Shown here: piece by piece, positions 31,159-42,084 of the stretch | Layout: every line of letters starts with the position of its first letter | Position numbering within the stretch: the stretch's first letter is position 1 | Assembly (NCBI GenBank): GCA_964594075.1 | Contig: CAZQKW010000004.1 | Coordinates: 38,171 to 102,170, forward strand | DNA length: 64,000 nt | Source of the DNA: an uncultured Thermodesulfobacteriota bacterium | GTDB taxonomy: Bacteria; Desulfobacterota; WTBG01; CAIYCZ01 | Direction of reading: 5' to 3' | Position numbers and translations under genes: made by a program | The notes under the pieces: model-generated | Database searches by the model: none | What the model saw: the letters and a program-made list of their open reading frames with translations, nothing else | Told to the model about the DNA's origin: nothing

Positions 31159-32106
31159 TTATGGTTTTATAAGTGTATGAAATATGCGAATGGCTGCCGG
31201 CCCCATTAATATAACAAAGAGCGCAGGGAAAATGCAAAAAATAAGCGGCACCATTAACTTGACCGGCAGTTTTGCAGCAATTTCTTCAGCTTTCATATAC
31301 CTCTTAGTCCTGAAGGTGTCAGAATAAGTGCGCAACGCCTGCGCTATGCTGGTGCCGAATTTATCAGTCTGTATGAGCAAGGTGGCAAAATTTTTAATGT
31401 CCTCTATGTCAATACGCAGACCTAAATTGCGTAGCGCATCCGGCCGCGATTTTCCCGCTCGCAATTCTAAATTATACAGTTTAAGCTCATCGCTCAACGG
31501 CGGACTCGTCAATTTTATTTCATCCGCTACCCGGTTCATCGCCGCATCCAGCCCCATGCCCGCTTCAACGCAGACCACCAAAATATCCAGCGCATCAGGT
31601 ATTCCCCGTGATATTTTTTCTTTTCGGATGTTGGTTTTTATCTGCAACAAAAGATCAGGCAAATAAAATCCGGCAACCGCAAGAACGACGCAGATTATCA
31701 TCGTAATATTTGGTTGAACAATTTTAAAAACAGTTACCCGAAGAAGAAAAAATACTACCGGCAATAATAAGGAAAGGAAAAACTTTGCCCCCCAATAAAC
31801 GGAAATCAAATCTTCATTATTTAATCCTGCCCGTAAAAAATTAAGTTTTATTCGCGAATAATCTTCAGACCTTTCATTAACAAATAATTTACCCAGCGGT
31901 TTCAGCCAGGCCGCAAATGAAAGGAAGGACATATCCTTTCTGCTTCGCACACTCTCTTTTAAATCTTCAAACGTTCCTACATATTCCTCAAATTGTACTT
32001 TTTTAATTAACTTTTTCTTAGCCTGAACAAAATTTAAATACTGCAGGGTGCCAAAAATAATTAAAAAGATGAAAATAAATGTTATGGCTGAAATAATAAG
32101 CAGCAT
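31159..32106 (-). CDS. tadC: Flp pilus assembly inner-membrane protein TadC (T2SS F-domain)
   Basis: GspF-like domain with GMGLDAAMNRVADE. Confidence 0.85.
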   Translation of the reverse strand: MLLIISAITFIFIFLIIFGTLQYLNFVQAKKKLIKKVQFEEYVGTFEDLKESVRSRKDMSFLSFAAWLKPLGKLFVNERSEDYSRIKLNFLRAGLNNEDLISVYWGAKFFLSLLLPVVFFLLRVTVFKIVQPNITMIICVVLAVAGFYLPDLLLQIKTNIRKEKISRGIPDALDILVVCVEAGMGLDAAMNRVADEIKLTSPPLSDELKLYNLELRAGKSRPDALRNLGLRIDIEDIKNFATLLIQTDKFGTSIAQALRTYSDTFRTKRYMKAEEIAAKLPVKLMVPLIFCIFPALFVILMGPAAIRIFHTLIKP

Positions 32107-32127
32107 GACCGTATTGTTTTAACTTGT

Positions 32128-33105
32128 TTAAATTCTTATTGAAACCATGCGGTTCATTATATAAATACCCACCGCTATTAACACCAGTGCCCCGACGATC
32201 ATTTTTTTGCCGATGGGATCTTGTATGAGAGAATTTACATAATCAGGGTTTAAGATCCGAATGACGAAAAAGATCAAAAATGGAAGAACCGTTAGTATAA
32301 TAGCAGATATTTTTCCTTCCGCAGATAAAACCCGCAGTTTGTCATTAAATTTAAATCTTTCGCGAATAATATGCGCTATATTGTCAATAATCTCGGCAAG
32401 ATTCCCGCCGGTCTCACGCTGAAGAATGACCGAAACTACAAAAAATTTAACTTCAGCGCAGTCAACACGATAAGCAAGATTTCTCAATGCATCAGCAACC
32501 GGGACGCCAAAATTGATTTCATCCAGCACTTGGGCAAATTCGGGGCCAAGCGGTTCGCCAAAATTATCAACCACCACCTTCATGCCGCTGGTGAACGCAT
32601 GCCCCGCACGCAGCGATCGGGCAATCAGCTCAAGCGCCTCCGGCAATTGTTTTTCAAACTCCTGCAATCGGTTTCTTTTTTTAAGGGAAAGATACAAAAA
32701 AGGAATTATGGCAAACAAAAAAGCTGTAATATAGGATATTCCCAATACTCTGACCGGCAAAATGACACTGCCCATTAAAAAGCCAACCTGCATTAACAAC
32801 AACGAGAGCAAGATAAACACACCGACTGGATACTGCGCATTCGCTTGCTGGATTAATCTATCAAGCCGTTCAATACCGGGAATTTTAAAAAAAATTTTAT
32901 TTAAGAACGGAACATTGCTAAGAAGTCTTTTGCGTAAGATATCCGGCGTATCAATGGAATACTGGGAGAAAGAGAATTTTTTCAGGCGATTCTGAATTTG
33001 TCTGCTCTTAAGCCCACTAATAGACCTGATGCCATATAACACCAGCTCAATAAAAATGATGGTTATTATTGCAAAGAAAATAATTAATCTAAACGGAAGA
33101 TCCAT
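32128..33105 (-). CDS. tadB: Flp pilus assembly inner-membrane protein TadB (T2SS F-domain)
   Basis: GspF-like domain with LRAGHAFTSGMKVV...GVPVADALRNL. Confidence 0.85.
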   Translation of the reverse strand: MDLPFRLIIFFAIITIIFIELVLYGIRSISGLKSRQIQNRLKKFSFSQYSIDTPDILRKRLLSNVPFLNKIFFKIPGIERLDRLIQQANAQYPVGVFILLSLLLMQVGFLMGSVILPVRVLGISYITAFLFAIIPFLYLSLKKRNRLQEFEKQLPEALELIARSLRAGHAFTSGMKVVVDNFGEPLGPEFAQVLDEINFGVPVADALRNLAYRVDCAEVKFFVVSVILQRETGGNLAEIIDNIAHIIRERFKFNDKLRVLSAEGKISAIILTVLPFLIFFVIRILNPDYVNSLIQDPIGKKMIVGALVLIAVGIYIMNRMVSIRI

Positions 33106-33131
33106 AAATTTCCTTAATATGAGACGACACC

Positions 33132-34472
33132 CTATACTTCCAGCACCGTAGTCGGCTCAAACATTTCCCTGGGCAGCGTTATGCCGAATGCCTTGAATTT
33201 CTCTATGAATTTTGGCCGCACCCCGTGAAATACGAATTTTCCGCGCACCCTGCCTTCCGAATCAATGGTCGTCCGCTGGAATGAATAAATTTCCTGCATG
33301 GTTATAATGTCGCCCTCCATGCCGGTGATTTCCTGAAAGCTAATCAGTTTTCGGGTCCCGTCCTGCAAACGGGCAATGTGGATAATAACATTGAGCGCTG
33401 AACTGATGTAGCGGCGCAGGTGGTCAATGGGAATGTCAACATTCGCCATGGCAACCATGGATTCAATGCGCATTAAGGCGTCCCGCGGCGAATTGGCGTG
33501 AATGGTGGTCAACGAGCCTTCGTGGCCGGTGTTCATTGCCTGCAGCATATCAAATGCTTCCCTGCCTCTGACCTCGCCGACAATAATGCGATCGGGCCGC
33601 ATGCGCAGGCTGTTGCGCACCAGATCCCGCTGAGTCACTTCACCCTTGCCTTCAATATTAGGCGGCCTGGTTTCCAGCCGCACCACGTGTTCCTGTTTTA
33701 ATTGCAGTTCTGATGCATCTTCTATGGTGATAATCCGCTCGTCATGGGGAATAAAACGCGATAGAACATTCAGCGTGGTGGTCTTGCCACTGCCGGTGCC
33801 ACCGGAAATCACAATATTCAATTTTGCTTTGACAATGGCCTTAAGTATCTCGCCAATTTCCGGCGTCAAAGTCTGAAGATTAATAAGGTCTTCAAGTTCC
33901 AGCGGGTCCCGGGCAAAGCGCCTGATGGACAAAATGGGACCGTCAATCGCCAGCGGCGGTATGATGGCATTAACGCGTGAACCGTCCGGCAAGCGCGCGT
34001 CAACCATCGGCGATGATTCATCAATACGGCGCCCCACCTGAGAGACAATTTTATCAATAATCCTCATTAAATGTGCGTCGTCTTTAAACCGTGCGTCGGT
34101 GCTTTCCAGCTTGCCAAACCGCTCCACATAGATGTTTTTGTAGGTATTGACCAGAATGTCTGATACCGTCGGGTCCTGCATGAACGGCTCCAGAGGACCA
34201 TACCCCATCACTTCGTCCTGAATTTCAGTAACCAGCAATTCACGCTCAAGTGAATTGAGGGGATAGCTGCTGCGGTCTTCATTAAGGATGCGTTCTACCA
34301 GCGCCCGAATTTGAGATTTGAGCATATCCGCTTCAAGAGTCTCGATTACCGTGAGGTCTATGATATCCAACAGACGGTCATGTATCTGAGTCTTAAGCTC
34401 AAAATACTCCTCAGGTATTTCTCGGCGCGCTGCACGCTTGTCTCTCGCTGCTACCTGTGCGTATGGTTGCAT
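33132..34472 (-). CDS. cpaF: Tad pilus ATPase CpaF/TadA (T2SS/T4SS E-family)
   Basis: Walker [10 protein letters not shown] and [16 protein letters not shown]. Start set at 34472 (MQPYAQ) on the strength of an AGGAG Shine-Dalgarno. Confidence 0.9.
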   Translation of the reverse strand: MQPYAQVAARDKRAARREIPEEYFELKTQIHDRLLDIIDLTVIETLEADMLKSQIRALVERILNEDRSSYPLNSLERELLVTEIQDEVMGYGPLEPFMQDPTVSDILVNTYKNIYVERFGKLESTDARFKDDAHLMRIIDKIVSQVGRRIDESSPMVDARLPDGSRVNAIIPPLAIDGPILSIRRFARDPLELEDLINLQTLTPEIGEILKAIVKAKLNIVISGGTGSGKTTTLNVLSRFIPHDERIITIEDASELQLKQEHVVRLETRPPNIEGKGEVTQRDLVRNSLRMRPDRIIVGEVRGREAFDMLQAMNTGHEGSLTTIHANSPRDALMRIESMVAMANVDIPIDHLRRYISSALNVIIHIARLQDGTRKLISFQEITGMEGDIITMQEIYSFQRTTIDSEGRVRGKFVFHGVRPKFIEKFKAFGITLPREMFEPTTVLEV

Positions 34473-34504
34473 AAAAACTCCTATGCTATTATGTATGTAT
34501 AATG

Positions 34505-35677
34505 TTATGTTGCCGCTTCCCTGCTGTTGAACCACCTGAACAGCTTACTCCGCGATTCTTTCTCAGTTTCCTTTTTTCCTATGATGTTTTCAGCAAGGTC
34601 TTTAAGGTTTTTGGCAATGGGCGAATTAGAGGCAACGCTTGACAGCGGAAGCCCTTGGTTAATAGCGTTCATGGTTGCCCGGTAGTCATTGGGTATCGTC
34701 CAGTAGATATCTTTCTTTATGCCTTCTGCTGCATCTTTCAAAGTAAGATCAGACTGTTTGATATACCGATTGATGATAACCCGAATCCGTTCCGGTTGTG
34801 GATAGCCTATCTCTTTTAAGGAGGAGAGAAGTTTTGAGGTGTTTGACAGGCACGGCAGGCTTAACACCGAAATAATAAAAATCAGATCAGACATTTCAAA
34901 TGCCTTTACCGTGGTGTCGTCTATGGAGGTGCCGGCGTCAATCACTATGAAGTCAAACATTCTCTTTAACAGCGAAAGAATGCGTTCCATTATCTTGGGC
35001 GTGGTTTTTTCCCCTTCCTTCCAATAACTTTCGGAAGGCAACACATAGACCCCGGTGTGATGTTTGGACAGGATGTCCATCAAAAAGGTGGGGTCAAGGC
35101 GGTTTATATGTTTGGTAATTTCGCTCAGGTTATATTTAGGCTTGATTTCCAGAAACAGCGGAATTTCGCCATATAGCCGGTTCATGTCCACCAGCACCAC
35201 CGAGTTTCTGCGTTTCTCCTCGGCAAGTTCCACTGCCAGATTTACCGCAAGCGTGGTGGTTCCCACGCCCCCTTTGCTGCCCAGCAAGGTCAGTATTCTG
35301 CCGAATTTGACCACATCCTTGGGTTTGGCATCTTCCGCCTTCTTTTTAAATGCATCAAATGCCTGTTTTATCTGGCTGGGGTCAATCGGCTGCGCCAGAA
35401 ATTCCTTTGCGCCGATTTTTATGGCGCGCATGAGAATTTCCGGGGCAGGGTTCTTTGCTGTTAGGAATACATCCCCCACCAGGTTCACGTTTTTCAGGGA
35501 TTCTATAAGCTGAAAATCGTTCTCCACCTGGTCACCCAGTTCATAAATCAGCAGGTCCGCTCTTCGCGTGTCATCAGGTCTGAGAATGGCAACGCCCTGA
35601 AATGAGGTAATAACTGCCTCCAGCTCGTTTCTGACCGACGAATTCTTGATTTCAAATTTGACTAAAATATCATTCAT
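34505..35677 (-). CDS. cpaE: CpaE/TadZ: receiver-like N-domain + ParA/MinD-type ATPase
   Basis: Deviant Walker [17 protein letters not shown]. Confidence 0.85.
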   Translation of the reverse strand: MNDILVKFEIKNSSVRNELEAVITSFQGVAILRPDDTRRADLLIYELGDQVENDFQLIESLKNVNLVGDVFLTAKNPAPEILMRAIKIGAKEFLAQPIDPSQIKQAFDAFKKKAEDAKPKDVVKFGRILTLLGSKGGVGTTTLAVNLAVELAEEKRRNSVVLVDMNRLYGEIPLFLEIKPKYNLSEITKHINRLDPTFLMDILSKHHTGVYVLPSESYWKEGEKTTPKIMERILSLLKRMFDFIVIDAGTSIDDTTVKAFEMSDLIFIISVLSLPCLSNTSKLLSSLKEIGYPQPERIRVIINRYIKQSDLTLKDAAEGIKKDIYWTIPNDYRATMNAINQGLPLSSVASNSPIAKNLKDLAENIIGKKETEKESRSKLFRWFNSREAAT

Positions 35678-35696
35678 GGTATCTCTGCTTAATGAA

Positions 35697-36950
35697 TTAA
35701 TTTACCAGAACGGGAATTTTTGCCAGAACGCCAAAGTTATCTCCTCCCGTATTTCCGGTCGGCTCATGCGGCGTGCAATCAGGCAAAAAGTAAATGGTCT
35801 TTTTTTCGCATTCTACCGGACAGCCGGGGGCCGCATTCTGAATGTGAAAATGCGAAAAAAAACTTGCCCAGCTTGCTGCAGCATCCTCGGGGTTTGGCGA
35901 TGTCCATGCGCCATAGTTACCGACTCCGGCCATAGTTACGGGATAATTGGGATCCCTGGGATTATTATTGGGCCGTGTGCAATCATTCTTATTATCTCGG
36001 TGCACCCACAGAACGTTAACTTCAACGACACCAATAATCGGTGCACAATGATCAACGGGGCCTGGATAAGCGTCGCAGCGGATAACGGGCAATTTAATTG
36101 GCCATGGTCTAGTGCCAAACTCGCTATGCTGCAGCCAGCATTCGCGAAAATCTTGGAAAACGTTATCCGTCATGCCATTGATACCACCCATATCCTTACC
36201 CAAAAATAGTGTTTGGGGGTTCCCGTCTCCGCAAACAAGTGGCCTAACAGTTGGTGGGGTCGCCGTTTCGCACGGCTGGGTAAAATTGGTCCACGCGCCG
36301 GTATTGCTGTCGCATGCATTATTGTTACTGTTTATCATTCTGCCCATATTACAGGTATATTTATCATCCTGCGTAATTGCCTCTTTGCAAAGCGAAATGG
36401 GCTGATCCACCCCAAACGGTTCTATGGTGCCGGCAAAACCAATATAGGCGATTGCCTTTGCCTGCATCTGCTGGCTTTCCTTGCCAAATATTCTGGCAAA
36501 ATATAACGTTGCCGGTATACTCGCCCTCTGGGTGTAAACCCTTACCGCGTTAATAAATGCTGGGTTTGCGTCAAGCTCAGCAAAACTGACATCCCACAGT
36601 GCCGTCTGCTCGAGCGCATTGTTTGGCGTGAATGTTTTTGTTGCAAAGCTCCAGTGGCCCCGCTCAACTGATGCTACTTCAACATCTTCTTTTTCACTTT
36701 TGTTATCTATTGCCGCATTCCGCGCTATTTCATTTGCACCGGGGTTTATGCTTCCGTCCTCATTAAAAAGTTTTAAAGCGCCTGCCAATGCCCCCGCATC
36801 AGCTGCGTTCTGCAACTCATTACGCACCACATAAAGATGACCTATATCCACCGCAAGAGCGGTAAACCCGACAAAAATCACCAGGCACAATGCAACCAAT
36901 GCAGCAACCGCTCCCCTCTCATCAGTTACGATGTGCTTAAATTGTTTCAT
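35697..36950 (-). CDS. TadG-like pseudopilin/pilus assembly protein
   Basis: N-terminus RGAVAALVALCLVIFVGFTALAVDIGHLYVVRNELQNAADAGALAG is typical of TadG. Confidence 0.7.
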   Translation of the reverse strand: MKQFKHIVTDERGAVAALVALCLVIFVGFTALAVDIGHLYVVRNELQNAADAGALAGALKLFNEDGSINPGANEIARNAAIDNKSEKEDVEVASVERGHWSFATKTFTPNNALEQTALWDVSFAELDANPAFINAVRVYTQRASIPATLYFARIFGKESQQMQAKAIAYIGFAGTIEPFGVDQPISLCKEAITQDDKYTCNMGRMINSNNNACDSNTGAWTNFTQPCETATPPTVRPLVCGDGNPQTLFLGKDMGGINGMTDNVFQDFRECWLQHSEFGTRPWPIKLPVIRCDAYPGPVDHCAPIIGVVEVNVLWVHRDNKNDCTRPNNNPRDPNYPVTMAGVGNYGAWTSPNPEDAAASWASFFSHFHIQNAAPGCPVECEKKTIYFLPDCTPHEPTGNTGGDNFGVLAKIPVLVN

Positions 36951-36986
36951 TTACATCACCTCGTTTCTAAACTTGAACGGTTTTTA

Positions 36987-37529
36987 TTATTCTTCCGGCT
37001 GACATTCTGTTCTCATTTGTGTTACCGCAGAAAGTGTTATGGGCCCTGACAAAGAACCGCCAAAGAATGCTCCCAGAATATTTGGCAGCAGAAGAAAATT
37101 ATAATCAAATGTCACGGTCACTCTTCTATAATACTGACCATCTGCAGTTGGCACCATACCCGTAGTGGTAACCGACGGAGTTTTGGAGCCGGAAAAGTTA
37201 ATTAAATAATTTGCGCAGTAGCTGCGCACTACTGTTTCGACATCCGATGGGGAAATCATACGACAAGTACCCACTCCCGCTACACCATTAGGGGGATGGG
37301 TATATAGTATCGCTGTTCTGGCGCCTTCACGGCTGGCATTGGTAATGACCGCTTTGTTATAAAACAGTATCCCAAACTCAATAATGCCGAAAATAAAAAG
37401 CAACAACAGCGGCAGCACAATCGCAAACTCAACCGCTGATGCGCCCTTCTGGCATTTTAAACCTGTCTTATCTTTCACGTCATACCTCACGTATTCAAAA
37501 TTATTGTTATTGCTGGCCATAGATGCCAA
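36987..37529 (-). CDS. TadE/TadF-like pseudopilin
   Basis: QKGASAVEFAIVLPLLLLFIFGIIEFG TadE motif. Confidence 0.75.
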   Translation of the reverse strand: MASMASNNNNFEYVRYDVKDKTGLKCQKGASAVEFAIVLPLLLLFIFGIIEFGILFYNKAVITNASREGARTAILYTHPPNGVAGVGTCRMISPSDVETVVRSYCANYLINFSGSKTPSVTTTGMVPTADGQYYRRVTVTFDYNFLLLPNILGAFFGGSLSGPITLSAVTQMRTECQPEE

Positions 37530-37806
37530 ATCCCAATGTCCCCATGCGTTGAGCGCCGCTCGTCTGGCCTGCTTTTCCCGTAAAGCTTTTCACATATTGC
37601 CCCAACGCCGCTTCTGCAGCCTGACCGTGAAGCCCTTTGACCGGCTCAAGATTTTTGGAAGCATCGGGGTTGAATGTCTGCCCCTGTTTTTGTGCATAGT
37701 ATGCAGTGCCCCAGTTATCCGCCACCTTTGACGGGGTTGCACACGCGCCGCACACCAATGCTGCTATGGTTAACAAAATCACCGACAAAACAATGCGTGA
37801 TGTATT
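37507..37806 (-). CDS. small exported protein in tad locus
   Basis: Signal peptide MNTSRIVLSVILLTIAALVCGACA. No recognisable family. Confidence 0.4.
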   Translation of the reverse strand, partial: NTSRIVLSVILLTIAALVCGACATPSKVADNWGTAYYAQKQGQTFNPDASKNLEPVKGLHGQAAEAALGQYVKSFTGKAGQTSGAQRMGTLGFGIYGQQ

Positions 37807-37890
37807 CATGGCTGCCACTCCTTATATTTTTATTATTATATTTATTATTGAGGTAATTGCAAAAGTATTCAAAAATGGGATTACAGAGTT

Positions 37891-37956
37891 TCGCTCGCAA
37901 TGACAAATGGCGTCTGTGCGGTCATTGCGAGGAGAATAGCGACGAAGCAATCTCAA
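37891..37956. repeat. REP-like element, degenerate inverted pair (within tad locus intergenic)
   Basis: TCGCTCGCAATGAC ... GTCATTGCGAGGAGAATAGCGACGAAGCAATCTCAA. Confidence 0.45.
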
Positions 37957-38058
37957 TAAATGAAACTTTTGCAATTGGCTCTCATTGTATAAGTATTATC
38001 GTTTAATTCAAGCGTTTCTTTACCTGTCTCTCTTGCCGCTGTCTCGTGACTCATCCTT

Positions 38059-39486
38059 TTAGTTCATCGGCACAGCGTGCCCGAACTCACCGTCAAGCCT
38101 GCCTTTGGTATTTGAAGAAGGCGGGCAGGCTCTTCCTTCCAGCATCCCCAGCACATAGAATTCAAAATCATCCGGCTCCACAAAAAAATCTGTCGGCAAC
38201 GGCTGTTTGGCAGTGTCAAGTGGCTTTACCAGGCGCGGGGTAACAATAATTACCAACTCAGTTTCATTGCGTCTGAAATTTTGGCTGCGGAACAGTTGCC
38301 CGAGAATCGGTATGTCTCCCAACGCAGGGTATTTTGCAGCGTTTTCCCGCATATTTTCAGACAAAAGTCCGGCTATCGCAAAGCTCTGACCGTCGGCAAG
38401 TTCAACATTTGTTGAAGCGCTGCGGGTAGTTAGCCCTGGAACCACAAACCCCTGAATTGCCACTGCAGTTGAGTAATCCAGCTCAGACACCGACGGGGTT
38501 ACTTTAATATTTATTTTATTTTCGCTTAATACCGTCGGCGTGAACGCAAGCTCTACACCGTATTTCTTATATTCAATACCCACGGTTCCCAGTCCCTGTG
38601 GAATCGGCACCGGGTATTCGCCGCCGGCTAAAAACTGGGCATTTTGCCCGCTCAAAGCGATGAGCGTCGGCTCTGCCAGAACCTTTATCATTCCGTCGTC
38701 CCGCAAGGCATCAATGAGGGTAGTCCAAGAGGAACTGCCCCGGTTGAAACGGAATAACAGATTCGATGCAGGGGACGCAAAAAAACTGAGTAAACCGCTT
38801 CTCGCATCTGGCAGATTCCCTTCGCCTTCCTGAGCTAAGGTGCCGATCTGATTAAGCAATCCGATACCAAACTCTTCCTTATTGCGGTAGATGATATTGA
38901 AACCAAGTTCACGGGTGAGCCGTTTTGACATTTCCGCGACCCGCACCTCAAGCATAACCTCCTGCACACCCGAAACTTCCACCTGATTTCTGATCTTTCC
39001 TTTTGGGGCATACGCCTCGGCAACCGATAAAATCTGCGCAAGATTTGCCGCGCTGGAAACTCTGCCGGCAAGTATGATGGAATCATCGCCGGAGATGATC
39101 CGCAGCTCCTGTTCCTCGGGAAGTACCTGATTGAGCTTTTGTTTTAGCTTGGTGATGTCATAGCCCACGTGCAGGTCATAAATTTCGGTAATTTTGTTCC
39201 CTTCCCAGATGGTGAGATTACTGGTGCCGGGCGATTTGCCAGTGAGGTAAATCTCGCGCGGCGAAATCATCAAAAAGTCGGCGATTTTAGGTTCTGCAAT
39301 GGAAATACGGCTTATCGCCCGCGTGCTGCGAATGGTTACCGAACTGCCCACTGCCACTTCCAGCGTTTTATGCTGACGCGTGTCAACGGTGATTGCAGCG
39401 TCTAACAGCGCGGGCATACACAAGGCAAGTATAATCAAAACACAAAGCGTCCATTTCTTTATGGCAGATACAGGTATTGTGCTCAT
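38059..39486 (-). CDS. cpaC: Tad secretin CpaC/RcpA (BON + secretin domains)
   Basis: Signal peptide and C-terminal secretin signature GQSFAIAGLL...PILGQLFRS...ELVIIVTPRLV. Confidence 0.9.
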   Translation of the reverse strand: MSTIPVSAIKKWTLCVLIILALCMPALLDAAITVDTRQHKTLEVAVGSSVTIRSTRAISRISIAEPKIADFLMISPREIYLTGKSPGTSNLTIWEGNKITEIYDLHVGYDITKLKQKLNQVLPEEQELRIISGDDSIILAGRVSSAANLAQILSVAEAYAPKGKIRNQVEVSGVQEVMLEVRVAEMSKRLTRELGFNIIYRNKEEFGIGLLNQIGTLAQEGEGNLPDARSGLLSFFASPASNLLFRFNRGSSSWTTLIDALRDDGMIKVLAEPTLIALSGQNAQFLAGGEYPVPIPQGLGTVGIEYKKYGVELAFTPTVLSENKINIKVTPSVSELDYSTAVAIQGFVVPGLTTRSASTNVELADGQSFAIAGLLSENMRENAAKYPALGDIPILGQLFRSQNFRRNETELVIIVTPRLVKPLDTAKQPLPTDFFVEPDDFEFYVLGMLEGRACPPSSNTKGRLDGEFGHAVPMN

Positions 39487-39503
39487 GCAAACCCCTCCTT
39501 ATT

Positions 39504-40346
39504 TTAGAATCCCTGAGTGGTTACTTTGGTGCCTCTTATTTCTTTGACGGTTATTGGCTCGCGGCGGCTGAGTACCTGAGCCTGTTTTTCCTGACCTTTT
39601 ATTTTTACGGTTTTACCGGTATATGATTCAAGAGTTTCCGGAACCGTAGCTCCGTCGGTCAAGACAATCTCCGTATCCATGGCATTGCGCAACGCCAACT
39701 GCAGTTTGCCCTCGGTGGCGGCAAGGGCAAGTTTCTCGCCTTCTTCCGGGGTTACCTCAAGGGTAAAGACATCCACCGGTGAGGGCTCGCCTTTTTCATT
39801 CTTTTGAATTTCAGCACCGGTTGCCAGCACCAGGATATTTTCAAGAATTACTTTGGTAACCTGCTTCTTGTCGCGCGGATCTTCTATGCTGACCAGCACA
39901 TCAACGATATTTCCGGGCCTGATGAGACCAGCAAGCCCGATAACTTTATCACCCTTGACCGCGATTGCCCGTTTGCCGGTTTTTACCACCGCCGCCATGC
40001 CGCCGGCAGTAACGGTGGCAGGGGCAAGCTTGGTCTCCAGCACCGGTTCGTTGGCTTTTAACGGCTGAATGGTAACTCTGCCTTCAAGTTGATTGAGGTC
40101 GCTGAAATAACCGGGAGGAAGCGTTTCCTTGAGGTAGGGCACAAGGCGCAACTGCTCTTTAGTTATCTTGGTGCCCCAGGGCAAATCAATTGCTGCCGAA
40201 GCGATCATGACCGTTTCTTTCTCCGGGGCAACCTTGGGAGGCCCGATTTGCCGTTTTACCCAGTTGTAGGTAAAAACGCCTCCGATGAAGGCTATAAACA
40301 CAGCGAGAATGATTGGTAAAATTGCTTTCCAGATTCCCATAATCAA
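39504..40346 (-). CDS. cpaB: Flp pilus assembly protein CpaB/RcpC (SAF domain)
   Basis: N-terminal TM helix, SAF-like domain, 280 aa. Confidence 0.85.
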   Translation of the reverse strand: MIMGIWKAILPIILAVFIAFIGGVFTYNWVKRQIGPPKVAPEKETVMIASAAIDLPWGTKITKEQLRLVPYLKETLPPGYFSDLNQLEGRVTIQPLKANEPVLETKLAPATVTAGGMAAVVKTGKRAIAVKGDKVIGLAGLIRPGNIVDVLVSIEDPRDKKQVTKVILENILVLATGAEIQKNEKGEPSPVDVFTLEVTPEEGEKLALAATEGKLQLALRNAMDTEIVLTDGATVPETLESYTGKTVKIKGQEKQAQVLSRREPITVKEIRGTKVTTQGF

Positions 40347-40448
40347 CCCCCTTTGCTAAAGTTGATAATGTTACAAAACGCAACTCTACAAAACGCAACC
40401 CTAATTTATGTTATGTTAAAAACATATCTGTTAAACGCTTCGCCCCCT

Positions 40449-40474
40449 AGATTCTTCGCTGCGCTCAGAATGAC
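40449..40474. repeat. REP-like 26-bp element
   Basis: AGATTCTTCGCTGCGCTCAGAATGAC. Confidence 0.65.
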
Positions 40475-40495
40475 AGCGAGAGGCATGCTTCACCA

Positions 40496-41053
40496 TTAAA
40501 TGGGCAACTTATACTGTGCCGCTTTAAGCCCCATCGTTAGCAACGCGCCCAGCGCAATGGCAACCCCGTAACACAGCTTGGGCGGCTTTTCGTCTTCCGC
40601 TGCCGGTATCGGAATGAAGTTGCCGGTCCATACCAGTGTTTTTACGGTTGCGGTAATCCGTTTAAGCACCTTTTTACTTGCTTGAAAACGCACCAGTATA
40701 ATGAAGACGGCATAGATGCCACCGATAATTCCAGTAAACAAGAAGGCGTTGAGGACATTTTTGGGTCCGAGCACCGCGCCTACTGCTCCCATGAGCTTGA
40801 CATCTCCAGCACCCATAGCTCCAAACACATAAAAAATACCCAAGGTTATCAAACCCGTTAGCAAACCGACGACGCTAAAAAACAAACCATGTATTCCGTT
40901 ATAAAAAAAATTGTAGGTGAATGCAATAATAATGGTAGGATATGTAATAAGGTTGGGTATTTTTCTAATAAAGAGATCTATGATTGCGGCAACTATTAAG
41001 ATACCGGCCAAAGCATACATTAAATAACAATCCATTGCAGACTGTTCAGCCAT
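40496..41053 (-). CDS. tadV: prepilin peptidase TadV/CpaA (A24 family)
   Basis: IIDLFIRKIPN Asp motif, GAMGAGDVKLMG motif, multi-TM. Confidence 0.8.
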   Translation of the reverse strand: MAEQSAMDCYLMYALAGILIVAAIIDLFIRKIPNLITYPTIIIAFTYNFFYNGIHGLFFSVVGLLTGLITLGIFYVFGAMGAGDVKLMGAVGAVLGPKNVLNAFLFTGIIGGIYAVFIILVRFQASKKVLKRITATVKTLVWTGNFIPIPAAEDEKPPKLCYGVAIALGALLTMGLKAAQYKLPI

Positions 41054-41239
41054 TTTACCCCCGCTTTTGCCTTTTGTGCTAATCGGCCGGATTTGATATT
41101 TTGTTGATTATCTTGGATATTATGTTAATTAAATTAAAACTCTGCTTGAACAATTGAAAAGTATTAAAACTTAACCTGTCTTCGAGTATCATAATTTTTT
41201 AAAAAATACAGGAAAAGTTTTCGCAGAATTTTTTTGTGC

Positions 41240-41413
41240 TTAACTCCCGGCGTTCATTACCTCTGTTGCCGTAGAATCAAATAAGGTGCTCAAGTTTTGT
41301 CCAAGGAGAGTAACAGCTGCAAGAATAATGACCGCAATAAGCGCTAACATAAGACCATACTCTACTGCAGTCGCTCCATCTTCGGCACGATAGAATTTTT
41401 TGAGGCTATCCAT
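41240..41413 (-). CDS. flp: Flp-family type IVb pilin (57 aa), not in ORF track
   Basis: Hand translation: MDSLKKFYRAEDGATAVEYGLMLALIAVIILAAVTLLGQNLSTLFDSTATEVMNAGS. It carries the Flp motif G/ATAVEYGLM. Confidence 0.85.
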   Translation of the reverse strand: MDSLKKFYRAEDGATAVEYGLMLALIAVIILAAVTLLGQNLSTLFDSTATEVMNAGS

Positions 41414-41427
41414 ATGGATTCCTTTTT

Positions 41428-41458
41428 ATATAAACTTCCCCTATCACTTTTAATGATA
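41428..41458 (-). terminator. inter-pilin hairpin (putative attenuator/terminator after flp2)
   Basis: CTTCCCCTATCA-CTTTTA-TGATAGGGGAAG perfect 12-bp stem, followed on the minus strand by a U-rich run. Confidence 0.4.
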
Positions 41459-41488
41459 GGGGAAGTTTTGTGTATGGGTTAATTGCTA

Positions 41489-41662
41489 TTACTGACCTGC
41501 CTGTCCTACCTCGGTTGCAACTGAATCAAATTTTGTGCTTAAGTTCTGACCGAGCAAGGTGACAGCTGCGATGATCACGATCGCAATTAAGGCTACCATA
41601 AGCCCATATTCAACTGCGGTAGCTCCTTCTTCATCACGAAAGAATTTTTTTAAGCGTTCCAT
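41489..41662 (-). CDS. flp: Flp-family type IVb pilin (57 aa), not in ORF track
   Basis: Hand translation: MERLKKFFRDEEGATAVEYGLMVALIAIVIIAAVTLLGQNLSTKFDSVATEVGQAGQ. Shine-Dalgarno GGGAGAA. First gene of the tad operon. Confidence 0.85.
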   Translation of the reverse strand: MERLKKFFRDEEGATAVEYGLMVALIAIVIIAAVTLLGQNLSTKFDSVATEVGQAGQ

Positions 41663-42058
41663 AATTTTCTCCCTTTTAAAAATTGTTTGTGTTTAAATAA
41701 TAGAAAACCAAAAAACCATTTGTCAACTAATTTTTTCACCTCCTTTCTAAAATTATTTCCAATAAATCATTAAAAAATGTTTCTTGCCATATATTATCGT
41801 AAAAAAAATTTTTAATGTCAATTGAAATCTTTGCAGGCATTTTTTACATTTTTTAAAAAAATAAACTTATTTACCAGGTAAAAAATGGCTTTGTATTGAC
41901 CCAAAACCATTTAATCATACCTTTGTAACCTGACTCTCTAAAGCTACTATCTCATTCAACAATGAACTGCAGTGATTATTAAAACATAAAGTGCTGTAGA
42001 TCTGGTGGCGCAATGGCAATCTTTTAAAACTTAAATGCGCACAGGCTGTTGAAAAGGT

Positions 42059-42084
42059 GTCATTCTGAACGAAGTGAAGAATCT
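42059..42084. repeat. REP-like 26-bp element (reverse orientation)
   Basis: GTCATTCTGAACGAAGTGAAGAATCT. Confidence 0.6.
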
